64,000 nt of DNA from Sphingobacteriaceae bacterium (lineage in GTDB: Bacteria; Bacteroidota; Bacteroidia; UBA7662), in assembly GCA_030682795.1 (NCBI GenBank), contig JAUXNJ010000008.1:18753-82752 (forward strand). Direction: 5' to 3'. Below are positions 9,734 through 17,699 of the stretch, piece by piece. The position numbers and the translations under genes were made by a program. Within the stretch, counting starts at the first letter, position 1, and each line of letters opens with the position of its first letter. The notes below the pieces were generated by a model that searched no databases, was not told the origin of the DNA, and worked only from the letters and a program-made list of their open reading frames with translations.

Positions 9734-10183
9734 ATGTTTTCAAAATCCTGCGAATACGGACTTCAGGCGATACTTTACATTGCGCTTCATGCGCGACCGG
9801 ATCGCAAAGTTGGCTTGAAAGAAATAGCCGACAACCAGGACATCCCTGCCCATTTTTTGAGCAAAATCCTGCAAATTCTCGTTAAATATAAGTTGCTGGT
9901 TTCAGTAAAGGGTCCCAACGGCGGATTTGCCCTTTACCGCAAAGCCGAGGACATTACCCTGCTCGAAGTAGTATCGGCCATCGATGGTCTTGATATTTTT
10001 GAGCGCTGCGGCATTGGGCTAAAGCATTGTGACGATGCGCATCCTTGCCCGATCCACAACAAATTCAAATTCCTCCGGGAAAGCATCCGCAACACCCTCA
10101 TGAAAGAAACATTGGCCGACCTCATTTTCGCAGTAGAAGAGGGTAAGACCTATGTGACGCTCAAGAATTTAACATCCGAATAA
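9734..10183 (+). CDS. Rrf2-family (IscR-like) transcriptional regulator with 3-Cys cluster-ligand motif
   Basis: MFSKSCEYGLQAILYIAL is an N-terminal wHTH. The motif CGIGLKHCDDAHPC resembles the IscR Fe-S ligands. The track start at 9713 is TTG and falls inside the promoter box. Confidence 0.8.
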   Translation: MFSKSCEYGLQAILYIALHARPDRKVGLKEIADNQDIPAHFLSKILQILVKYKLLVSVKGPNGGFALYRKAEDITLLEVVSAIDGLDIFERCGIGLKHCDDAHPCPIHNKFKFLRESIRNTLMKETLADLIFAVEEGKTYVTLKNLTSE

Positions 10184-10186
10184 GCT

Positions 10187-10855
10187 TTGTCTAGAAGAAA
10201 ACTGGTTCATTTCGCTGAAATGGATCAGATGCCGCACGTTTTTCAGCATCCCGAAAATATGCCAGGTCAGTGGTCGGCTTATTTTGGCAATGACCTTCCC
10301 CTTGTTTTAGAAGTAGGTTGCGGTACAGGGCGCTATACCGTGGGTTTGGCTGAGTTGTACCCACAGTCCAATTACATCGGTACCGATATCAAGGGTGCCC
10401 GCATGTGGCACGGGGCCACCTATGTGCGCGATAAAGGCATCAAAAATGCTGCTTTTTTGCGTACCCGCATCGAGCAAATCGAGACTTATTTTGCGCCTGG
10501 TGAGGTTTCTGAAATTTGGATTACCTTCCCCGATCCGCAGCCGCGCGAAAGCAGGGAACGCAAACGCTTGCCTTCGAAGCGCTTTTTAGACCTCTATACC
10601 AAAATTTTGAAGCCTGGTGGTAAGCTGTACCTCAAAACCGACAATTCCGATTTATTTGCTTTTGCCACGGAGGTTTGGCAGGTCTATACAGGTTTAGAAA
10701 TTGTGCAGCACAGCACCGACTTGTATGCAAGCAACATCCAAGGAGCGGCTACAGCCATCCAAACGGTGTATGAAGAACGCTACCGCGCGCAGGGGATACC
10801 TATTAATTATATGGAAGCCGTTTTTCACGGGCATCCAGCTGCACCGGAGCTTTAG
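10187..10855 (+). CDS. trmB: tRNA (guanine46-N7)-methyltransferase
   Basis: KLVHFAEM...PHVFQ, VLEVGCGTGRYTV and DIKGARMW blocks are present. Only a TTG start is available, because an in-frame TAA at 10181 (the Rrf2 stop) lies 3 nt upstream. Confidence 0.85.
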   Translation: MSRRKLVHFAEMDQMPHVFQHPENMPGQWSAYFGNDLPLVLEVGCGTGRYTVGLAELYPQSNYIGTDIKGARMWHGATYVRDKGIKNAAFLRTRIEQIETYFAPGEVSEIWITFPDPQPRESRERKRLPSKRFLDLYTKILKPGGKLYLKTDNSDLFAFATEVWQVYTGLEIVQHSTDLYASNIQGAATAIQTVYEERYRAQGIPINYMEAVFHGHPAAPEL

Positions 10856-11469
10856 GCCTCGAGGGCTTCCAGCTTTTCTTGCATATCGGTAAATTCTTTG
10901 ATGCCGGGGCGTTGCTCCTGTCCGCCATACAAACAAACGGCATAGGGCTCGAGGGTGTTTACCATTTCACGCAATTGTTCGGCATCGGCGGGAATGTCGA
11001 TGATGCAACGGTTATGTGCACAGGCCGATTTCAACAGCTCGAGCACCTGGCGATTGGCGCGGGTGAGGGTCCAATTCGGGAAAATTTCATCGGCATGCAC
11101 CAAGAGGTAGACGCCATCAAAATGCCGCAAGCCAGCTTGATCGAGGGCCGATAGCTTCAGGCGCAAAATGGTTTCGGCATGCACCGAACGGGCGTAGCCA
11201 GCATAGAGGGCAAAGTCGAGTTCTACTGCTTCGAGTTCGTAATTATCAATTTCACGGTTCAGATCGTCGGGAGCAATGAGGTTAAAATTGCCCACAATTT
11301 TTGGTCCGCTCAACCAGCCGCGCATTTCCATCATACTACTGGGGGTAACATAATTCGAGGAAGCAGGGTCGAAACTAAAGCCAACAAACTCAGCATCAGC
11401 AGCCGCGGCAAAGCGCGCATCGCTGAGGTTGGTGAGGTCTTTGAAATAAAGGCGCGTGATGTATCCCAT
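10852..11469 (-). CDS. phosphoribosylanthranilate isomerase (TrpF)-like protein, stand-alone
   Basis: The start was chosen at MGYITRLYF. It aligns to TrpF in the AxAGADxxGFxF block (AAADAEFVGFSF) and the C-terminal PGIKxxxxxxxF block (RPGIKEFTDMQEKL). The canonical catalytic Cys near the N-terminus is not evident. Confidence 0.5.
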   Translation of the reverse strand: MGYITRLYFKDLTNLSDARFAAAADAEFVGFSFDPASSNYVTPSSMMEMRGWLSGPKIVGNFNLIAPDDLNREIDNYELEAVELDFALYAGYARSVHAETILRLKLSALDQAGLRHFDGVYLLVHADEIFPNWTLTRANRQVLELLKSACAHNRCIIDIPADAEQLREMVNTLEPYAVCLYGGQEQRPGIKEFTDMQEKLEALEA

Positions 11470-11562
11470 AAGTTGAAATGATAGGCACAAAATACGGAAA
11501 AGCGCTTCGAATAGGCTTACGTTTTTTGAAATTTCACTCCTCATTACAGTATTTTTGTGCCA

Positions 11563-11907
11563 ATGACAAATGGCTCAAGCAACGACTTCTACCAAAACGT
11601 TTACGAGCTAGTGCGGCTCATTCCCCCGGGCCGGGTAACGAGCTACGGCGCCATAGCCCGCTATTTGGGCAGTGCGCGCTCGAGCCGACTGGTGGGCTGG
11701 GCCATGAACGCCTCCCATACCCTGACCGATCCTGTGCCTGCACACCGGGTGGTGAACCGCATCGGCTTGCTCACCGGCAAACATTTTTTTAGCACGCCCA
11801 ACCGCATGCAAGAACTTTTAGAGGCCGAAGGTGTAGTTATACAGGAGGACCAAGTGCAGCAATTCGACCGCATTTTTTGGGATCCCGCACAGGAGTTAGC
11901 CCTATGA
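11563..11907 (+). CDS. alkyltransferase-like (ATL) protein, MGMT DNA-binding domain without nucleophilic Cys
   Basis: FYQNVYELVRLIPPGRVTSYGAIARYLG...VPAHRVVN matches the MGMT helix-turn-helix and Asn hinge, but PCHR has become PAHR. The track start 11557 is GTG; the ATG is at 11563. Confidence 0.75.
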   Translation: MTNGSSNDFYQNVYELVRLIPPGRVTSYGAIARYLGSARSSRLVGWAMNASHTLTDPVPAHRVVNRIGLLTGKHFFSTPNRMQELLEAEGVVIQEDQVQQFDRIFWDPAQELAL

Positions 11908-12536
11908 GTACTGCCAAACAGCTTTATCAGTGGATTGAAGAAGGAGAACACGTACAGCAAGACTTCAAAGAAACCATCAGCAGTTCCCGCAAAATCGCCA
12001 AAACCATTTGTTCGTTCGCCAATACACGGGGAGGTCGCATTTTAGTGGGGGTGCGCGACAACCGGGCCATCCGCGGCATCAAGGCCGAAGAAGAACAGCA
12101 CATGCTGGAGGCTGCCGCCAGCTTCTTCTGCAAAAAAGAAGTGCCTTTGCGCTTTGAATTGATACAGCTAGGTTTAAAACAAGTGCTCGTGGCCCATGTG
12201 CCCGAAAGCGAGCACAAGCCAGTGTTTACTTTGGGGGATGATGAGCAGTGGTGGGCCTACATCCGGGTAAAAGACAAATGCCTGTTGGCGAGTAAAACCG
12301 TGCTCGATGTGATTCGGCGGGAACAAAAGGGCGAAAACAACCTCATTGAGCTAGGGAGCAAAGAAGAAGGCTTGCTGAAGTACCTCGACCAAAACGAGCG
12401 CATCACCCTCAAGGGCTTTTGCAAACTCATGAACATTGCGCCGTGGCGGGCTCGTAAAATACTGGTGAAGCTCATCACCGCCGGCGTAGTGCGGGTACAC
12501 ACCACTGAAAAGCAAGAATTTTATACCCTGGCTTAA
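11904..12536 (+). CDS. AlbA_2 (Schlafen-like divergent-AAA DNA-binding) domain protein with C-terminal winged HTH
   Basis: The AlbA_2 signature is EHVQQDFKE...IAKTICSFANTRGGRILVGVRDNRAIRGI. The C-terminal stretch LLKYLDQNERITLKGFCKLMNI...ARKILVKLITAGVV looks like a wHTH. Its start overlaps the ATL stop codon (ATGA). Confidence 0.6.
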   Translation: MSTAKQLYQWIEEGEHVQQDFKETISSSRKIAKTICSFANTRGGRILVGVRDNRAIRGIKAEEEQHMLEAAASFFCKKEVPLRFELIQLGLKQVLVAHVPESEHKPVFTLGDDEQWWAYIRVKDKCLLASKTVLDVIRREQKGENNLIELGSKEEGLLKYLDQNERITLKGFCKLMNIAPWRARKILVKLITAGVVRVHTTEKQEFYTLA

Positions 12537-12639
12537 GCTGCTAAGCCGTTGAAAGCCTTGCAGAAAGGACTCCAGGCCGTTTTTGGGGATGCCAACGATT
12601 TATTCACAATCGGCTGTTGGAAAGTCAAAAAGCTTCTGC

Positions 12640-12647
12640 TATATTTG
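12640..12647 (+). promoter_or_regulatory. candidate -7 box (TATATTTG) for the ribosomal-protein operon, TTG -33 at 12617-12619
   Basis: Matches TAnnTTTG and lies about 40 nt upstream of the rplM start. Confidence 0.35.
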
Positions 12648-12686
12648 CAGTCCTTTTTAAAATCAACATTTAACTAATTAAAAGCA

Positions 12687-13130
12687 GTGAATACGTTAAG
12701 TTACAAAACTGTCTCTGCCAACCGCGAAACGGTTGTGAAAAAATGGTATCTGATAGATGCCGAAACAGAGATTGTGGGGCGCCTTGCGAGCAAGGTAGCT
12801 AGTGTGCTTCGTGGTAAGCACAAACCCGACTACACCCCACACGTAGACTGCGGCGATAATGTAATCATTATCAATGCAGACAAGGTGAGATTCACAGGTG
12901 ACAAAATGCGCGAAAAAGACTACTTTTTCTACTCTGGGCATCCAGGTGGAAAGCGTCTGGTGGCCGCTAAGGACCTGATGGAGCGTCGACCTACCTACGT
13001 GGTGGAAAAAGCCATCAAAGGCATGCTCCCTAAGAACCGACTCGGTCGTGAAATGTTCCGCAATTTGTATGTATATGCCGGCAACGAGCATCCACATGCA
13101 GCTCAGCAACCTGAAACACTCAAATTCTGA
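12687..13130 (+). CDS. rplM: 50S ribosomal protein L13
   Basis: KKWYLIDAETEIVGRLASKVASVLRGKHKPDYTPHVDCGDNVIIINADK is an L13 signature. The start is GTG; no in-frame ATG is available. Confidence 0.9.
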   Translation: MNTLSYKTVSANRETVVKKWYLIDAETEIVGRLASKVASVLRGKHKPDYTPHVDCGDNVIIINADKVRFTGDKMREKDYFFYSGHPGGKRLVAAKDLMERRPTYVVEKAIKGMLPKNRLGREMFRNLYVYAGNEHPHAAQQPETLKF

Positions 13131-13137
13131 TCTCATC

Positions 13138-13524
13138 ATGTCTGTAGTTAACAAAATTGGCAGAAGAAAAAATGCTATTGCCCGCGTTTACGTAACGGCT
13201 GGTTCTGGCAACATTGAGGTGAACGGTCGCCCGTACACTGAATATTTCCCTTTGGAGACCCTCCAGCAATTGGTGCTCAAGGCTTTTGCAGCCACCAATA
13301 CAGTAGGTCAGTTTGATGTGAAGGCTACCTTAAATGGTGGTGGTGTGAGTGGTCAGGCTGAGGCCTTACAACTGGCGCTTGCTCGTGCATTAGACGAGAT
13401 CAACCCAGAGCACCATACCGCATTGAAGGCTGATAAGTTACTGACCCGCGACCCACGCATGGTGGAACGCAAGAAGTTCGGTCAACGCAAAGCCCGTCGT
13501 CGTTTCCAGTTCAGCAAACGTTAA
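13138..13524 (+). CDS. rpsI: 30S ribosomal protein S9
   Basis: [19 protein letters not shown]...[11 protein letters not shown]...[12 protein letters not shown]. The ATG at 13138 is internal to the track ORF 13048-13524. Confidence 0.9.
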   Translation: MSVVNKIGRRKNAIARVYVTAGSGNIEVNGRPYTEYFPLETLQQLVLKAFAATNTVGQFDVKATLNGGGVSGQAEALQLALARALDEINPEHHTALKADKLLTRDPRMVERKKFGQRKARRRFQFSKR

Positions 13525-13543
13525 TCAAAGGAGGAATCTTACA

Positions 13544-14344
13544 ATGGCAAGAGTTACATACCAGGAATTACTGGATGCAGGTGTACATTTTGGACACCTC
13601 AAGCGTAAGTGGCACCCTAAGATGGCCCCTTACATCTTCATGGAGAAGAATGACATTCACATCATCGACTTGAACAAAACGCAGGACAAGCTTGAAGAAG
13701 CTGCCAACGCGATCAAGCAGATTGTGAAGTCTGGACGCAAAGTCCTTTTCGTAGCTACCAAAAAGCAAGCGAAAGAAATCATTGAAACCGAAGCAAAGCG
13801 CCTCAACATGCCGTTCGTTACCGAGCGTTGGTTGGGTGGCATGCTTACCAACTTCGCGACCGTACGCAAGTCGATCAAGAAGATGGGCAACATCGACAAG
13901 ATGGAGCAGAACGGCACAATGCAGACTTTGTCGAAAAAAGAGCGTTTGATGATTGCGCGTGAGCGTGAAAAGATGCAGCGTGTATTGGGTGGTATCGAGG
14001 ATTTGACTCGTCTCCCTGCAGCATTGTTCATCATCGACATCAAAAACGAGCACATCGCTGTTAAAGAAGCTCAAAAATTAAACATCCCTACCATTGCGAT
14101 GGTGGATACCAACTCGGATCCAACCTTGGTTGATTTCCCTATCCCAGCGAATGATGACGCTACCAAGTCGATTGCCTTGATTTCAAAGGTGATTATGAAG
14201 GCGGTAGAAGAAGGTTTGCAGGAGCGCAAGCATGATAAGGAGGCTGAAGCGGCTGAAACGCCTGAGCCAGCTAAAGAGGTTGTTGCTGAAACCACGGTGG
14301 TTGCGGAAGCAACCGACGCCGGGGCAGAAACCCCCGAGGCATAA
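13544..14344 (+). CDS. rpsB: 30S ribosomal protein S2
   Basis: [32 protein letters not shown]. It is preceded by a canonical AAAGGAGG Shine-Dalgarno 9 nt upstream. Confidence 0.9.
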   Translation: MARVTYQELLDAGVHFGHLKRKWHPKMAPYIFMEKNDIHIIDLNKTQDKLEEAANAIKQIVKSGRKVLFVATKKQAKEIIETEAKRLNMPFVTERWLGGMLTNFATVRKSIKKMGNIDKMEQNGTMQTLSKKERLMIAREREKMQRVLGGIEDLTRLPAALFIIDIKNEHIAVKEAQKLNIPTIAMVDTNSDPTLVDFPIPANDDATKSIALISKVIMKAVEEGLQERKHDKEAEAAETPEPAKEVVAETTVVAEATDAGAETPEA

Positions 14345-14407
14345 TATCGGATGGGTTGGCGCAAGTCAGCCCATCTTTTTTTAACGAAAAATTCAAACAA
14401 CCATAAC

Positions 14408-15241
14408 ATGAACATTACAGCTGCTGATGTAAACAAGTTGCGCCAGCTTACGGGTGCCGGTATGATGGACTGTAAAAAAGCCCTCACCGAAGCCAATGGC
14501 GATTTCGAAGAAGCGGTAGTGATCCTCCGCAAAAAGGGTCAAAAAGTATCGGCGAGTCGTGCCGACCGTGAAGCCAACGAAGGCGTTATTATTGCCCTTA
14601 CTTCTGCGGATGCAACCTTCGGCTTGATTGCTGAGGTGACTTGCGAAACCGACTTCGTTGCTAAAAACGAAGAATTTGGTTCATTGGCGCAAGAAATTGC
14701 GACCATCGCTATGAACAAAAACATTAGTGACAAAGAAGCTTTGTTGCAGGAGCACATTGGCGGCATTACCATTGCTGAGAAGTTGATTGAGTACACTGGC
14801 AAAATCGGTGAAAAAATCTCTTTGCACCGTTTGGTAACTGTAGCTGGTGAAGGTGTGGTGTCGTATGTACACAGCAACAACAAACTTGGCGTATTGGTAG
14901 CTTTGAACCACGCTGCGAATGCCGAGGTAGAAGCTGCTGGTAAAGACGTAGCGATGCAGATTGCTGCCATGAACCCAGTTGCGGTTGACAAAGGCGACGT
15001 TGATCCTTCGGTGATTGAGCGTGAAATCGAAATTGGCAAGGACCAAGCCCGTCAAGAAGGCAAGCCAGAAGCCATTGTAGAAAAAATTGCCATGGGTAAG
15101 CTCAACAAGTTTTACCAGGACAATACCCTGTTGAATCAGGCTTTTGTGAAAGACAATGGCGTGAACATCGCGCAAATGCTCGACAAAGTGGCCAAGGGTT
15201 TAACGGTGAAGTCGTTTGCACGTGTTGCGATTGGCTCTTAA
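14408..15241 (+). CDS. tsf: elongation factor Ts
   Basis: MNITAADVNKLRQLTGAGMMDCKKALTEANGDFEEAV is the EF-Ts N-terminus. The track start at 14351 adds 19 non-conserved residues. Confidence 0.9.
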   Translation: MNITAADVNKLRQLTGAGMMDCKKALTEANGDFEEAVVILRKKGQKVSASRADREANEGVIIALTSADATFGLIAEVTCETDFVAKNEEFGSLAQEIATIAMNKNISDKEALLQEHIGGITIAEKLIEYTGKIGEKISLHRLVTVAGEGVVSYVHSNNKLGVLVALNHAANAEVEAAGKDVAMQIAAMNPVAVDKGDVDPSVIEREIEIGKDQARQEGKPEAIVEKIAMGKLNKFYQDNTLLNQAFVKDNGVNIAQMLDKVAKGLTVKSFARVAIGS

Positions 15242-15262
15242 GCTTTAGCATCTTTATATACA

Positions 15263-15294
15263 GCCATCTACTTTCGGGTAGGTGGCTTTTTTTT
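15263..15294 (+). terminator. rho-independent terminator after tsf
   Basis: The hairpin GCCATCTAC-tttcgg-GTAGGTGGC is followed by TTTTTTTT. Confidence 0.6.
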
Positions 15295-15357
15295 GCTGCA
15301 GGATGAAGCGAGTTTTTATCGTTCGCCTGCGCTGAAATTATTAACTTCGCAGCCGGC

Positions 15358-16062
15358 ATGAAATACAAAAGAATCTTACTCAAGCTCAGTGGCGAGTCAC
15401 TGATGGGCGAAAAACAGTTTGGCATCGATCAGGAGATCCTCGATCAGTACGCCAAGCAGATCAAAGAAGTAGTTGCCAAGAATGTGCAAGTAGCCATTGT
15501 AGTGGGCGGCGGCAATATTTTCAGAGGGGTGCAAGCCGAGTCTGGAGGCATGGAGCGCGCCCAAGGCGACTATATGGGCATGTTGGCCACCATGATCAAC
15601 AGCATGGCCTTGCAGGCTTCGCTGGAGAAATTGGGGGTAAGCAGCAGGTTGCAGTCGGCCATCAAAATGGAGCAAATCGCCGAGCCTTTTATTCGTCGCC
15701 GGGCCATTCGTCACCTCGAAAAAGGCAGGGTAGTAATTTTTGGCGCGGGTACGGGCAATCCTTATTTCACCACCGATACGGCTGCTTCTTTACGGGCCAT
15801 CGAAATAAATGCTGATGTGATTTTGAAAGGCACGCGCGTGGATGGTATTTATACTGCTGATCCTGAAAAGGACAAAACGGCGGTGCGTTACGATACCATT
15901 AGCTTTGGCGAGGCCATGAGTAAAAATTTGAAGGTGATGGACATGACGGCCTTTGCGCTTTGTCAAGAAAACCAGTTGCCCATCATTGTATTTGATATGA
16001 ACAAAAAAGGCAATCTGCTGCAGGTAGTAGAGGGCAAAAAAGTCGGAACTTTAGTATCCTAA
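15358..16062 (+). CDS. pyrH: UMP kinase
   Basis: [14 protein letters not shown] and [10 protein letters not shown] are classic PyrH blocks. Confidence 0.9.
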   Translation: MKYKRILLKLSGESLMGEKQFGIDQEILDQYAKQIKEVVAKNVQVAIVVGGGNIFRGVQAESGGMERAQGDYMGMLATMINSMALQASLEKLGVSSRLQSAIKMEQIAEPFIRRRAIRHLEKGRVVIFGAGTGNPYFTTDTAASLRAIEINADVILKGTRVDGIYTADPEKDKTAVRYDTISFGEAMSKNLKVMDMTAFALCQENQLPIIVFDMNKKGNLLQVVEGKKVGTLVS

Positions 16063-16084
16063 TTAATCGATAAACAAGCAGCTC

Positions 16085-16648
16085 ATGAACGAAGAAGTTC
16101 AGTTTTACATCGACGAGGCCCAGGAGGGCATGGACAAAGCCATTCACCATTTACAAGTAGAATTGGCGAAAATCAGGGCAGGAAAGGCCAGCACGGCCAT
16201 GCTCGACGGCATCAAAGCCGAATATTATGGGGCCTTAACGCCGCTTAACCAGATTGCCAGCGTGAACACACCTGATGCACGTACTTTGGTAATTCAGCCG
16301 TGGGAAAAGGCGGCTTTGAATGCCATTGAAAAAGCCATCATCAACTCTAATTTAGGCTTAAATCCTTCGAATGACGGTACCATGATTCGCATCAACGTAC
16401 CGCCATTGACCGAGGAGCGCCGCCGCGAGCTGGTAAAACGCACCAAGGGTGAGGGTGAAACGGCCAAAGTTTCGGTGCGTAACATCCGCCGTGATGCCAA
16501 TGAAGCCATTAAAAAACTGCAAAAAGACGGTGTGCCAGAGGACATGGTGAAAGATGGAGAAGCTAAAGTGCAGCAAATCACCGACAAATACATAGCCAAA
16601 GTAGATGAAGTGTTGGCAGTGAAAGAAAAAGAAATCATGACCGTGTGA
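16085..16648 (+). CDS. frr: ribosome recycling factor
   Basis: 187 aa. VPPLTEERRRELVK and VRNIRRDAN are Frr signatures. Confidence 0.9.
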   Translation: MNEEVQFYIDEAQEGMDKAIHHLQVELAKIRAGKASTAMLDGIKAEYYGALTPLNQIASVNTPDARTLVIQPWEKAALNAIEKAIINSNLGLNPSNDGTMIRINVPPLTEERRRELVKRTKGEGETAKVSVRNIRRDANEAIKKLQKDGVPEDMVKDGEAKVQQITDKYIAKVDEVLAVKEKEIMTV

Positions 16649-16694
16649 TTTAACTTTCAGTAAACAAGAATTAGTTAAATTGCGGCCCATTTAG

Positions 16695-17699
16695 ATGTTA
16701 AAGTTGAGAAACATACTGTTGTTGAGTGCGTTGCTGTGGACTACGGGTCTTTCGGCTCAAGTGCTGCCTTCGTTCGGAGGCAGTAGGGCGGGCACCACGG
16801 GCATGCAATTCCTCAAAATCGGGGTAGATGCGCGCTCAGCGGGTTTGTCGGGCAACTACATTGCCGTGGTAAACGATGTTTCGGCTTTGTATTGGAATCC
16901 TGCTGGCATAACCGCTTTGGATTCGCAGCGCACGCATTTTCAGTTTGGACATACGCTGTACTGGGCCGACATTGGCATCAGCTACGGAGGTTTGGTGCGC
17001 AGGTTGAAAGGGGGCGGATTGATGGGATTAAGCATCATGTCGCTCAACAGTGGGGACATGAACGTGACTACCGAATTTCAGCCTTTTGGCACCGGTGAAA
17101 CCTTTTCGGTGCACAACAGCTTGATTGGCTTGACCTATGCCAAACCGTTGACCGATCAGTTTTCGTTTGGCTTAACCGGTAAATGGGCGCGCGAAAGCAT
17201 GGCGGGCATCGTTACCAACAATGCCATCTTTGACTTCGGCATTACATACGACATTGGCCTCATGGGCTCGCGTTTTGCAGTTTCGGTAGCCAATTTCGGC
17301 GTGAATGTGCAGCCTAATGGCGAAATCAATGTACTCAAGTTTACGGGTCAAGAAACGGTAAATCAGTTTGAAGATGTATCGGTTCCAGCCATTTTCAGGA
17401 TTGGCTTTGCATTTGATCCACTGGTTACTGATTTGCATAAGATTACAGCCATTGCCCAACTGAACCATCCTACCGATAACAAAGAAACCTTTGGCATTGG
17501 TGCGGAGTACAATTATAAAAACATCTTTTTTGGCCGAATGGGTTACGAGTTAGGTGTAGATGAGGCAGCATTGCCAGCTTTTGGTATGGGCTTTCAAACG
17601 CCCCGAAATTTTGGCTATATGCGCTTTGACTATGGTTTTAATAACAAAACGCGTTTAGGCACGGTGCATCGTTTCACTTTATCGGTAGGCATATTATGA
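16695..17699 (+). CDS. PorV/PorQ-family (FadL-like) outer-membrane beta-barrel protein, T9SS-associated
   Basis: Signal peptide followed by GVDARSAGLSGNYIAVVNDVSALYWNPAGI, the hallmark N-terminal motif of the PorV/PorQ family. It ends in an aromatic-rich beta-barrel terminus. At 334 aa it is closer to PorQ. Confidence 0.55.
   Translation: MLKLRNILLLSALLWTTGLSAQVLPSFGGSRAGTTGMQFLKIGVDARSAGLSGNYIAVVNDVSALYWNPAGITALDSQRTHFQFGHTLYWADIGISYGGLVRRLKGGGLMGLSIMSLNSGDMNVTTEFQPFGTGETFSVHNSLIGLTYAKPLTDQFSFGLTGKWARESMAGIVTNNAIFDFGITYDIGLMGSRFAVSVANFGVNVQPNGEINVLKFTGQETVNQFEDVSVPAIFRIGFAFDPLVTDLHKITAIAQLNHPTDNKETFGIGAEYNYKNIFFGRMGYELGVDEAALPAFGMGFQTPRNFGYMRFDYGFNNKTRLGTVHRFTLSVGIL

Noticed and set aside
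12537-12600. Intrinsic terminator after the AlbA_2 gene
   Set aside because: Only a 5/6-bp imperfect stem (GCCTTG/CCAGGC) precedes the T-run, which is too weak to call.
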